A stretch of 62,928 nt of DNA, filler included, from Octopus bimaculoides (Eukaryota), in assembly GCF_001194135.2 (NCBI RefSeq). It is 5 parts of 3 records of this genome, joined end to end, with 100 filler letters (N's around TTAATTAATTAA, not from the genome) between each part and the next. Parts side by side here need not be neighbours in the genome. Positions count along the whole stretch, not along the records: positions 1 to 27,777 come from NC_069001.1; 4 more parts are not named here. One strand, given 5' to 3'. The number at the start of each line of letters is the position of its first letter. Within the stretch, counting starts at the first letter, position 1. A program made the translations under genes and the position numbers. Positions 13,857 through 26,132 of this stretch are shown in pieces. The notes under the pieces were generated by a model. It did no database searches, was not told where the DNA came from, and saw only the letters and a program-made list of their open reading frames with translations.

Positions 13857-14504
13857 TACAAATAAAACAGCAATCCTCTGTTGTCTCCCATCCTGTACTC
13901 AAAGTATCATGGTCAATGGCAGCGAACTGACATGTCACACGGGTATAAAGATATGATATGACCAGAGAAGGCCTATTGGTGACACACAGGACGACAGCAG
14001 ACACAGAGCCTTTAAATAGGCGTTCTCAGCTACAAATAGCAGCAAATGTCACACCAGCAACTTTCTATGGAGTTTCAAAAATAGAGACATTGGTTAATGC
14101 AATTTAGAGTAGATAGCACTTGAATAATAGGGAATGAGCAGAGCTGCATTTAATTCCTTTCGATCAGAGTTTGTCTGGGTCTAAACAATAAAGACGATGA
14201 TGATGATAACGGCGAAGGACAAGGCAACCTTGTCGACACTGAGATATGATGCTAAACGGTAAATTAAACGGAAGGAAAACAAAGCAAAGGGCATCCCGTC
14301 TGCCTGACGATCTATTTGTTCTGAGACGTCATTGAGATGTAAATTAAACGGAGAAGTCTGAAGTACTTTACATAACTTACCAATACGTAACATATACATT
14401 ACTTACATTATGCATACATACATACATACATACATACACACATATATAGCATACTTTTGTACCATTCACACAATTCATCTGAGGTCGTTTGTTTCAAACA
14501 TGAC

Positions 14505-14541
<37 letters not shown>

Positions 14542-14548
14542 TACACAT

Positions 14549-14607
<59 letters not shown>

Positions 14608-15889
14608 NNNNNNNNNNNNNNNNNNNNNNNNNNNNNNNNNNNNNNNNNNNNNNNNNNNNNNNNNNNNNNNNNNNNNNNNNNNNNNNNNNNNNNNNNNNNN
14701 NNNNNNNNNNNNNNNNNNNNNNNNNNNNNNNNNNNNNNNNNNNNNNNNNNNNNNNNNNNNNNNNNNNNNNNNNNNNNNNNNNNNNNNNNNNNNNNNNNNN
14801 NNNNNNNNNNNNNNNNNNNNNNNNNNNNNNNNNNNNNNNNNNNNNNNNNNNNNNNNNNNNNNNNNNNNNNNNNNNNNNNNNNNNNNNNNNNNNNNNNNNN
14901 NNNNNNNNNNNNNNNNNNNNNNNNNNNNNNNNNNNNNNNNNNNNNNNNNNNNNNNNNNNNNNNNNNNNNNNNNNNNNNNNNNNNNNNNNNNNNNNNNNNN
15001 NNNNNNNNNNNNNNNNNNNNNNNNNNNNNNNNNNNNNNNNNNNNNNNNNNNNNNNNNNNNNNNNNNNNNNNNNNNNNNNNNNNNNNNNNNNNNNNNNNNN
15101 NNNNNNNNNNNNNNNNNNNNNNNNNNNNNNNNNNNNNNNNNNNNNNNNNNNNNNNNNNNNNNNNNNNNNNNNNNNNNNNNNNNNNNNNNNNNNNNNNNNN
15201 NNNNNNNNNNNNNNNNNNNNNNNNNNNNNNNNNNNNNNNNNNNNNNNNNNNNNNNNNNNNNNNNNNNNNNNNNNNNNNNNNNNNNNNNNNNNNNNNNNNN
15301 NNNNNNNNNNNNNNNNNNNNNNNNNNNNNNNNNNNNNNNNNNNNNNNNNNNNNNNNNNNNNNNNNNNNNNNNNNNNNNNNNNNNNNNNNNNNNNNNNNNN
15401 NNNNNNNNNNNNNNNNNNNNNNNNNNNNNNNNNNNNNNNNNNNNNNNNNNNNNNNNNNNNNNNNNNNNNNNNNNNNNNNNNNNNNNNNNNNNNNNNNNNN
15501 NNNNNNNNNNNNNNNNNNNNNNNNNNNNNNNNNNNNNNNNNNNNNNNNNNNNNNNNNNNNNNNNNNNNNNNNNNNNNNNNNNNNNNNNNNNNNNNNNNNN
15601 NTAGAAACCTTGCAAGATCAGATCGGAACCTGGGGGAGCATCTTCGCTTGCTAGTCCTCAGTTAAATTGTCCAACATGGAAAGCGGACGTTAAACGATGA
15701 TGCTGATGGGGATGAGTTGTCTATGAAGTTCATAACATAACCATCGTTTTTCCTGTCACCCGTTTTTCTTTTATATATGTCAATTTGAGGATATAAACCA
15801 TTTATAGGGATAGTTCCATCCAAGTTACAGTGGTTTTATACATTATACTGTGAAGAGCTATCTCTTCAATAAATATATTATAAATATCA

Positions 15890-16247
15890 AATATTATTAA
15901 GCAAGAAAATGGAGAGATTTAATGGATAAAATTAATTTATTAATTAATTAACATTCCCTACAATTGTTTCAATTCACACAAAGGATATTAAGGAAGTTAT
16001 TTGTTGACCGGTTGGGACATTGTAAGTCTGTTAGAATGTCCCAACCGGTCAACAAGTAACTTCCTTAATATCTTTTCGCCCTCATGATATTCCACTCAAA
16101 ATCTTCAAAATGCAAATATATTGTATTATATATATTTTTGCAATTTGTATTGAGTGGGAATTGAAAAAATTGTAGGGAATGTTAATTAATTAATTAATTA
16201 ATTAATTTCATCCATTAGATCTCCCCGTTTTCTTGCTTAATAATATA
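15890..16247. mobile_element. Fold-back element (inverted duplication; left arm internally deleted) carrying a hammerhead-like fold; probable Penelope-like LTR derivative
   Basis: Outer arms 15890-15975 and 16158-16247. Inner arms gatattaaggaagttatttgttgaccggttgggacatt / aatgtcccaaccggtcaacaagtaacttccttaatatc surround a 13-nt loop. About 85 bp of the right arm is missing from the left arm. Confidence 0.75.
16075..16179 (+). ncRNA. Type I hammerhead-like motif with long stem II and variant core CTCATGA
   Basis: ttcgcc-CTCATGA-[attccactcaa...ttgagtgggaat, 11-bp stem II plus extension]-GAAA(a)aattGTA-gggaa. The left arm keeps GAAAC-AATT-GTA (palindromic stem III). Confidence 0.5.
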
Positions 16248-16989
16248 TAAATATATATATACACCCGTGTACGTATATCAAATGGAACGTCTAGGATAAA
16301 ATTAATGAAACCGATACTCAAAAGTATGAGTCAGATTTTGTTTATTTCCACAAAACTGAGCATTCACTTAATCGCTATTGTTGAGTTACTGCTGAGGATT
16401 TTCCGGTGTTGTGTGCGAGGGAGCATGGCCTAGTGGTTAGGCTTTTGCTCTCCTAGATCGGGACGTTGAGTTCTTCAGCAAAAGACTTCATCTGAAGCTC
16501 TTCTGCAGTCACTTCAACACTTGACTGGTAGTACACCATGCATCTATTCAGACAACGTCGGTTTGATGGAGGTGTGTGGAGGGGGGAGAGGTGTGAATTT
16601 ATAATGCATTTGATCACAATAAACAAATTATATTTGCAGGTTGTTCGGCAAGAAATTGCAAACCCATCTTTCTCGGACTATGATACGTATAAATATACAC
16701 ACACACACACGCATATCCATACCCAACCACGCATAGTCAATAGATGCAAATTTATAGGCATACATATATATATATGTATATACACACACAAAAATTGCGT
16801 TAAGTTCATACTAATTCCAGGTATGTTGACTGAATCCTCTGAAAATATTATGTAACTCTCATGAATAAATCGCCATGCCACAGCCTTCGACTTGTACAAT
16901 TTTTATTGATGAAAGGTTAAGTTAGTTTTGGTGGAATTTGAACTCAGAATGAAAAGAATTGAAATACCATGAAACATTGTCCTCAGCCA

Positions 16990-17720
16990 AACACCATTAT
17001 AGCCAACACTGCCATTACTTCCACCAGAAAGACAACCATCATCACTGTTAAGCTCACCACTATCCATATTATCTGTTACTACCTCTACCACCGCCGACAC
17101 AATCAATCACCGTCTCTGGGATCTGTATAGCATTACCATCATCATCAATACTATCAACAATCAGCACCCATCACCACCACAATAAACACTCTTACCATTA
17201 ACCCCGCCGCCATTATGAAACATTTTTGTAACCGTCGTCACCAACATCATCACAACCACCAACACCTTCGTAACTATCACCATCAATAACACCATCACTA
17301 CAACCACCACCATCTCTACTATCTCCATCACCATACCATCTGCACTATTACCACTACGACCACCACAACCACTCCTACTACCACCGCAATCACCCCCACT
17401 ACCACCAATACCAAACGATGCATGGTTTAATCCAACACATCTTACAATGATTAAAACCTGCTGTGAAAATAACGTTGAAATATGTTGACACACCAGCACC
17501 ACCAACACACAAATTACGAATACTACTACTACGACTAATAATAATAATAATAATAATAACGATAATCTAACAAACTGTTGCTTTCAAATAAACACCAGAA
17601 CATCCGCCATTGTTGTTTGTATAACAGCACCACCTTTAACTAATACCTACCAGCAATACTATTACTAATATTATCACTACCATAACCACCACTGTTAATG
17701 CTAACACTACCACCACAACT
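16990..17720. repeat. Cryptic (ACC/ATC/ACT)n low-complexity tract
   Basis: Degenerate trinucleotide runs; similar tracts at 18100-18330 and 18960-19345. Confidence 0.85.
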
Positions 17721-17722
17721 AA

Positions 17723-17893
17723 CGCTTAGTGGCATTTCGCCCGATTTTACATTCTGAGTTCAAATTGCACTGAGGTCCACTTTGTCTTTCATCCTTTCGG
17801 AGTCGGTAAAACAAGTACCAGTTGAGTACTGACGTCGCTGTAATCGACTTTCCCCCTCCCCCAAATTTCAGGCCTTGTGCCTTTTGCAGAAAG
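17723..17893 (+). mobile_element. SINE family A, 5' truncated
   Basis: gcttagtggcatttcgcccg...ttctgagttcaaatt...tttcatcctttcggagtcggtaaaacaagtaccag...ggccttgtgcc. Confidence 0.85.
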
Positions 17894-17901
17894 GGTTGTT
17901 G

Positions 17902-17986
<85 letters not shown>

Positions 17987-17997
17987 TATTATTATTG

Positions 17998-18034
<37 letters not shown>

Positions 18035-18404
18035 CCTGTTTACATAACTTTGAAACACTGATGTTCTTAGACACACAGACATCCGCCACATGAGCAATCA
18101 CCGTTGCAACTACCACCACTACCACTTCAACACCACCGTTACCCCGTCCCCAGATGTATCATCACCCTAGTACTATTGCTTTTAAAATACCTCTTCCACG
18201 ACTACTCTAACCGCCACCACTATCATCACACTGCAACAAATTCCACTGTCTCCACCACCACTAACATCACCATCACCAAAACACTAACACTACCCTTATC
18301 ATCACCATCCACCCCCACAAATACCTACGTCTCCCTCAAATCACGCCTTGCCACCTTAGAGAAGGACACTTTAGATCATGTGGTTCGGGATTCTTATCAT
18401 ATAG

Positions 18405-18785
18405 GCGCTGGCGTGTTTGTGTGGCAAAAAGTTTGCTTCAGAACCCCATGGTTCCGGGTTTCGTCCCACAGCGTAACACCTTGGGCAAATATCTTCTGTT
18501 ACAGCCTCGGGCTGACTAAAGCCTTGTGAGTGGACTTGGTAGACGGAAACTGTTGTATGTATGAGTGTGTGTGCATATGTCTTTGTGTCTCTGTTCACTA
18601 CAATCACTCGACATCCGGTGCTGGTATGTTTATGTCCCCGTTACTTAGCAGTTCAGCAAAAGAACTGAATAAGTACCAGGTTTTAAAATAACTAAGTACT
18701 AGGGCCAATTCATTCGACTAAAAATTCTTCAAAGCGGTGCCCCAGTATGACCGCAAACCGAAACAAGTAAAAGATCAAAGAGATA
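18405..18785 (+). mobile_element. SINE family B, near full length
   Basis: ccatggttccgggtttcgtccc...accttgggcaaatatcttctgttacagcctcggg...aaagcggtgccccagtatgaccgc...gaaacaagtaaaaga. Confidence 0.87.
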
Positions 18786-19518
18786 GGTAAAAAGACAGGA
18801 TGGTCATAGTCGGAATGCCTTCAATCAGTGGAGGTAAACAGCACCTGCTGCAGTATACTTACCATACCACCACCACTGTAACAACCAACAGACACCATAT
18901 TTGAAATAGACGAAATGGTTATTATAGCAAGATTGCTTTTGATGGCAACTCGAACAGCGATTGGCTAAGAGCAAGAACAACACAGTGACCACCACTACCA
19001 AAACCACGATAACCAGAACTATAAATCCTACCACCTCCACCACCTTCGCTACCCACCACTATCATATGCACCTTCATCACAACCAACACCATCACCACCA
19101 CCACCTACATGAATACCGCCATCATATCTACATACACAGTAGTCACCACCACCACCACAACACCACCATGACATCCACCACCATCACTATAACCGCCCAC
19201 AAGCACCACTACCACCACCAACCTCAACGCCACCTTCACCACCACCACCACTATAACCGCCCACAAACACCGCCACCACCAGTACCTCCGACACCATCAT
19301 CACCACCACAACCACTATAACCGCCCACAAGCACCAGCACTAGATGTTATCTTATACCATTAGTTTCACACATTTACACATATTTGCTATTGTATGAGAA
19401 CAAGATATGGGAGGGGCGGAGGCGGAGGGGGATTTCCTTTTGCATGCCTGACTTTTTAATATTATTTCCTTGGCTTTTGTTGTTTTACTTCTTCATCTTT
19501 TGTTCTGGTACAATGCTA

Positions 19519-19620
19519 GTAGCATCACCGACACCCCATCACCTCAACACATTACAGTGCGTGTATATTATATATGCACACACTGTAATGTGTTGAGGTG
19601 AGGGGTGTCGGTGATGCTAC
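19519..19620. repeat. Near-perfect ~50-bp-arm hairpin / mini fold-back
   Basis: gtagcatcaccgacaccccatcacctcaacacattacagtgcgtgtat...atatgcacacactgtaatgtgttgaggtgaggggtgtcggtgatgctac. Confidence 0.9.
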
Positions 19621-20099
19621 ATAGACAGACACAGACACACACAGACACACACTCACACACGCACGCATATGTATTAGAGGGAAGGAGAGAGAAATTGATG
19701 GCAAGTGTATTCAGTGGAATTAGATTAACCATTTAAAAATACACATATAATTATATTCACCTTTGTTTATCTTAATCATATAAGACAAACAATCCAATAT
19801 ATAAAAGTCAAAGTAGTTTCTGAAAATATCTGTGAAATACATCAGCCGGAATCTACAATATGCTAAATAATCTGGGTTTATGTCTAGATAGCTTGATATA
19901 TATAAACTAAATGAAAAAATAAAAAGATTAAAAGGTATAGATAACAAAATAAACAATATATTTTATCAGGATACGGTCGTATTTCAGCGAACTGAGTGAC
20001 TTCGTAAAAGTGCACCAAAAGGCGTCGTCAGCCAAGAAAAATAACATCGTAATTGTTCCTTATTTTATAAATACAGCATCTACAATAAAGCCTTATAAT

Positions 20100-20322
20100 A
20101 TTGGTTTCAAATTTTGGTACTAGGCCAGCAGTTTTGAGGAAGGGGTAAAACGCTTATATCGACCCCAGTGCTCAACTGGTACTTATTTTATCGACCCCGT
20201 AAGGATGAAAGACACCGTTAACCCCGACGGAATTTGAACTTAGAACGTAAAGACTGACGATATGCCGCTAAGCATTTTGCTCGGGTTAGGGTTCTGCTAA
20301 CGGTTCTGCCAGATCACAGCCT
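20100..20322 (-). mobile_element. SINE family A
   Basis: ttggtttcaaattttggtactaggccagc...cgaccccagtgctcaactggtacttattttatcgacccc...gccgctaagcattttgc...aacggttctgccagatcacagcc. Confidence 0.88.
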
Positions 20323-20702
20323 TAAAACTTTGTAATATTGCAAGCGTATGAATCTTCGAATTCATATTTCCCTGCAATTAATAATAGAATTAAGACTGCT
20401 GATTCTTTTAGCTTTAATTGGAGTAATTAATAGAAATAACAGATTTTCTCAAACTATAAACCAAGAAAGCATCTTTAAACTGCAATACAGGAGTGTGCAC
20501 AATATCTAGTTATAAAATCCATCTAGTTAGTTTAACAGAGCTATATTATAACTGGGTTGATTCTGATTTTCCTGCCTTTGTCATGCCTTTCTTCTCCGAA
20601 ATCAACTGATAGACGTAAAAGCTATGACTGACATAAACACCTAACTATGCGGACACCTATATATCTGTCTGTTAATGAATCAATTTTTTAAAACTATCTA
20701 TA

Positions 20703-20741
<39 letters not shown>

Positions 20742-20777
20742 GTGAGAGGACAGTGGGCAGGCAGACAGACAACAGAT

Positions 20778-20870
<93 letters not shown>

Positions 20871-20887
20871 TAGATAGATAGATAGGC

Positions 20888-20920
<33 letters not shown>

Positions 20921-21464
20921 TATAGAAAGAGTCAGACAGACAGACAGACAGACAGACAGTTTTATTAGATGAACAATACCAAAGAAAGCAATATAAATAA
21001 ATTATATTAATATTGTCTTTCTTCTTTGGTCTCATTCATCAGTTGATGAGAGACGAGAGTTGGAAGAAGAAAATTGCAGAGAGTTGAAAATGTGAGATGC
21101 AGGAAGCACTTAACGATGGTAGGTAAGAAGTAGGGGGGGTATAGAGGAGGGGTGGGGATGCGGCGGCTGACAATTTGTGTGAAGAAACACTGAAAGAACA
21201 CCAGAAGCTATAGAAAGAAGAATGGGGGTCATGTTGAGGTATAACGGAAAAGTGAATGTAAAGTAGGATGGGGTGAGGAAACGTATTGTAGTAGGTGGTG
21301 TCTAAAGAACTATATCTAGTTTATATATCTAGCTATATTGCAAGATATATAAACTGATAGGGACTGAGAAAATAGATTACATGCGCGCGCGCGCGCGTGT
21401 AAGAAGAAAGTAAGCGTAACACATTATAAGGGTAATTATATTAGCAAAGGTAGTAAAATAGAAA

Positions 21465-21506
21465 TGACTTTAACGTTTCGAACGTTAAGTCCTTCATCTG
21501 GAAAGG
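21465..21506 (-). ncRNA. Degenerate minimal hammerhead-like motif (probable Penelope-type LTR remnant)
   Basis: Minus strand reads cctttc-CAGATGA-aggacttaacgttc-GAAAC-GTT-aaagtc. U4 is mutated to A and stem I is poor. Confidence 0.35.
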
Positions 21507-21590
21507 AAGAATTTAGCACAAGAGAAAAGCAACGAACGACAAGAATTTGAAAGAATATTGGAATGAATGAAAACAAAAATTCAAAGAAAC

Positions 21591-21671
<81 letters not shown>

Positions 21672-21675
21672 CATA

Positions 21676-22015
21676 CGCGCAATCGTGGCTGTATGGTAAG
21701 AAGCTAGTTTCCCAACCATATGGTTCCGGGTTCAGTCTCACTGCGTGGCACCTTGGTCAAGTTACTTCTGCTATAGCCTCGGGTCGAACAAACCCCTGTT
21801 AGTGGATTCGGTACACGGAAACTGAAAAGGCCCGTTGTGTGTGTGTCTGTGTTTGTCTCCCACTACCGCTTGATAACCGGTGTTGGTGTTTTAGATCTCC
21901 GTAACTTAACGTTTTGGCAAACAAGACAAATATAATAAGTACCACACTTAAAAAACGTAAGTACTGGAGTCGATTCATTCGACTAAAAGTCCTTCAAGGT
22001 GGTGCACCAGCATGG
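21676..22015 (+). mobile_element. SINE family B
   Basis: gcgcaatcgtggctgtatggtaagaagctagtttcccaaccatatggttccgggttcagtctcactgcgtggcaccttgg...aaggtggtgcaccagcatggcc. Confidence 0.88.
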
Positions 22016-23681
22016 CCCCCTCCCATTGATTGCACTTGGTATAGCACTAGTGTAGCAATAATTGGGTACCCTCCCAGCAGTATACTGGATAGATACTATC
22101 CCTTAGTGGGTTGAATCTTCAACCCCTAACACTTTTGGATTATATATATATATATATATATATATATNNNNNNNNNNNNNNNNNNNNNNNNNNNNNNNNN
22201 NNNNNNNNNNNNNNNNNNNNNNNNNNNNNNNNNNNNNNNNNNNNNNNNNNNNNNNNNNNNNNNNNNNNNNNNNNNNNNNNNNNNNNNNNNNNNNNNNNNN
22301 NNNNNNNNNNNNNNNNNNNNNNNNNNNNNNNNNNNNNNNNNNNNNNNNNNNNNNNNNNNNNNNNNNNNNNNNNNNCAAAAATATAAAATATCTACGTGAA
22401 ATGTAAGCGGATCATGGAAAAATGGCACATGATATGAAATTCACGAAACTCGATTAGATCTCAAAACTAAACATAAAATATTGTCTAAAGCTTCTTTACG
22501 ATCTGTTGGAGTGGCTTTCTTCCCGCTATATTTAAAAAAGGAAAAATTATTGAAATTACCCTATTTTAGACACATCATGTTTTGAAAAATCGTTTTTTTT
22601 TTTAATTATCAACTTAGACATTAATGTGGGGGAAACATTGACTTGGAATCCAACAAAGAAAAGAATATTGATTATCCAGATATTTTATTAGCAGCTTCAA
22701 TTAGAGTCGGGTCATAGTTGAGGAAAAATGTCTTTAAAAAAAGCACCTTTCAAACTCTCTTAAATTCAACAACATTAACAAAGCTGACAAATTTTTATTC
22801 CTAGAGATGATGCAACAGGACAAAATGATGCAGGTAGGGAGAAAATAACGAAAAATCAGAAATTACTCATTTTACCCCGGTTATTAATCACCCCGCCCCC
22901 ACCATATCATAAATGAATATGATGTATTTCTTCGCCGCGTGATATGCGTAACTAATGTTGTTGCTGAGATTGGATTTGCGAAATGATATTAAAAGTAACG
23001 ATTATGATTAAGTTATTTAATCTTGTGACTGGATGATAAAATGAGGGTATTAATTTATTAGTATTCCAACATGACAATAACATACTGAGATTTTCCGTAG
23101 ATCTCAACGATAGACGTTCATTTCATCACCCAACTCAATTCCTGCTCCTGAAATTAACATATAAGCGGCTGAGTATTCCACAGAAACAGGTATTTTTATA
23201 CTATATTTAGACTGAATCGTTGTAACAGTGTGACAATTCAGGACCTTTGAATAACAGGAAAGTGAGGTGGGGGAATATATTATAAAGTGAAGAAGGTTAG
23301 GGTAGATAACTCGATGGGCTGGAGATCAACTGAGTGAAACGAACGTGTGTTATGTTGTAGAGAGTTTATTGATTCGATATTGATGGTTCCTCACGTCGAA
23401 ACTACTCAGAGTTTCTTGACATATGCCTTTCTCCGAACGACAAAATACTAAACACATAGAAGCAACGGTGATTGTGTATATATTTTTTACACACACATAC
23501 ACACACACATATCCATACATATATATGTGTGTGTGTGTGTGTGTGTTTGAGTGTGTGCGCGCGTGTGTAACTGTTAGAACTATCCCGGATGGGAGTTTTT
23601 GCGTTTTAATATATCGCCAAGGTGTAGAACTCAGCATACGTATGATTCAGAACAAAGTGTTAGTCGAGTCGAGCGGGTAAC

Positions 23682-23952
23682 AAGAAAGAAGAGACCACAA
23701 ACGAATAAACGATTACCTTATGAACTTCATTAGCTTACAGCTGTTTCTGCTATAAGAACCAGCGAACTCATAACTGAATGCCTGAGTAACACCTCATAAC
23801 TTCATTGGCGCTTTATATTCGAGGTTTCGATGAAACTATAAGGTGTTACACAGGCACTCAAACACGAGTCCATTGCATCTTATAGCAGAAACAACTGCAA
23901 GCTAATGAAGTTCATAAAATAATTGTTTATTCTTTTGTCATTTCACTTTCTT
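23682..23952. mobile_element. Fold-back element, ~124-bp diverged arms with a 24-nt spacer
   Basis: Left arm 23682-23805 aligns along its length with the reverse complement of 23830-23952 (e.g. ttatgaacttcattagcttacagctgtttctgctataag vs cttatagcagaaacaactgcaagctaatgaagttcataa). Confidence 0.8.
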
Positions 23953-24114
23953 ATATATAAGGAGTCTTCCCCCAATTGTAGAGAGGTTGTGTGAATCCAG
24001 TCATTTGAGTTTGACGAATCGCCTGTACAGATAAGCGCTTGTTAGGTGCGAAACCCATAATCCCTCCCTGACCGGCCACAACAAGCAAACCTCAAAATAT
24101 ACATAAGGAACCAT

Positions 24115-24166
<52 letters not shown>

Positions 24167-24218
24167 GCGCACACACACACACATGATAGCATGTACTTGC
24201 TTCTGCTCATTTCTTTGG

Positions 24219-24322
<104 letters not shown>

Positions 24323-25087
24323 ATATCGAAATGAATTGGCAAGAGGAAAAGAAAATAATCATAATTAGTAAGAAAAAAAGTAATTGTTTCCTCTAGTTAC
24401 ACATGCCGCCACGTGCTAATATATCCACTACCGCCATTATTTTATTATTTTTAATAATAGTAATAATAATAACAATAATAAACTGCGAAATGTTTCGTTC
24501 TCTCCCTCTCCACCGTCCGTTTCCTTCTGCTCTGTCTGTCTCTCCTCCCACTCTTTAACTTACACAATTACCAACATCATTCTCACTACTCTCACCACAA
24601 CTATCACAATTATAATACTTCCGACAACAGTACTAGTACCCAACACCACCACCACCACTACTACTACCATCACCATCACTACCACCACTATCAATAAGTC
24701 CACCTGTCACACCAGTAATGTCAACTTGTGTCACCTTGTGACAAGTATATATTTCCTTTTTTTTTTCTCTACCTTCCGTGAGTGAGTCCCCTACTTGTCC
24801 TGGTGGAAGTATGCATGTGTTGGGGGAGGGAGAAAGAGAGAGAGAGATAAAACAGAGGAAGAAACTGGGTAATGAGAGACAGAAAGAATCATGGGGGGAG
24901 GAGATAAGTGCTATAGGGAAACAGAAAAGGGGAGGAGGAGAGATCTTTAAAATGAGAAACAAAAAGAGAAGAGACACGAGTAAGATAAGGAAATGGAAGG
25001 AGGGAGGTCGCGGTCTACAAAGAGAGATTGTGGGTGAGATAGAAATAGAAGAGAGAGGGGGAGAATAGAGAGAATGTGTGTGTGTGT

Positions 25088-25151
<64 letters not shown>

Positions 25152-25355
25152 TGACAACGATAGAAAGTCGAGAACTTTCCATTGCCCTCTTTCCGTGAAC
25201 CAAGCAACCCCGTCAACTTACATCCATGCATCCACTCGGTTATTATTGGTCAGTATACCATCTATCAACCAGTGAGTCGGGCGGCACACTAGTTGTATAT
25301 GAGGTGGATAAATGTCGAACATAATTAAATAAAACCAAATAAGTGAAACGCGTGG

Positions 25356-25746
25356 ATGATATATGGGAGATGCGAGTGCACCTGGAGGGCAGACTCATTT
25401 TCTTGGAGGCAGCAGCAGAAACATCATTGCGACAGATATTTTCCTTTTTTACCAGGAGCACAAAAGTCAGTAATCATTGTAGAACTTACAGTGCGCCCTG
25501 AGAGGACAGACATTTTGTACAAGCTGAACAATGCTAAGCATTAGAACTTGATCGACGAGGCATTCCACGAGGGATGGCACGCGACCTCATTCCCTACTGA
25601 AGTTAGTTGTTTGAGGTTTCCCAGCTTGATCAGTGTGCTGCTTCTTGCAGAAGCCAAACAATTGAAAAAAATGACCACCAAGAGAGAGCTATATTAACTG
25701 AGAGCAGATCAAAGTGATTGTGGTTGAGAAGAGAACATAGATGGAA
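25356..25746 (+). mobile_element. 3' end of a non-LTR retrotransposon with restriction-like endonuclease (HERO/NeSL/R2 group), pseudogenised
   Basis: Translation WEMRVHLEGRLIF...TSLRQIFSF...KSVIIVELTVRPE...NAKH*NLIDEAFHEGWHATSFPTEVSC...*LWLRREHRW follows the REL pattern LRPDIV..K.VII.ELTVPWE..KY..L..GW...P.EVGCRG..WLW.RR. Confidence 0.75.
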
Positions 25747-25867
25747 CTCTTCTTTAGGTAAAGGTTAACTGAGTCCTCACTGCCCAACTAAGGAAAATAT
25801 TCAAGTTAAGAGACGGAATGTCTAAGATATCTGCTAAAGATACGAAGGGGTATCCGACATTATAAAG

Positions 25868-26132
25868 CAGGGTTCTCAACAAATTTTTTTTACTATTTTA
25901 TTCTGGTGAACCCCACCACCCATAACCATTCGAGGCTTAAAAACTAGTTTTATAGAAACTTCTTTCAAAATACCTATATTTTTTTTTTTTTTTTTTTTTT
26001 GGACATTAACTTGTAAAAATACGTACCTTAAAAACATAATTTTGGATACCTAATTTATTATTTTGGTGCGTAGACCCCCAAAAATCTTACATAGATGTTA
26101 GGGGCTATGTGATTCCCGGTTGAGAATCATTG
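25868..26132 (+). mobile_element. hAT/Charlie-like MITE with both TIRs
   Basis: cagggttctcaac ... gttgagaatcattg; imperfect flanking duplication tataaag/tgtaaag. Confidence 0.65.

Noticed and set aside
18961-19320. His/Thr-rich ORF reminiscent of cephalopod histidine-rich structural proteins
   Set aside because: Cryptic (ACC/ATC)n repeat with no signal peptide, no Gly-His motifs and no splice support; similar tracts occur nearby.
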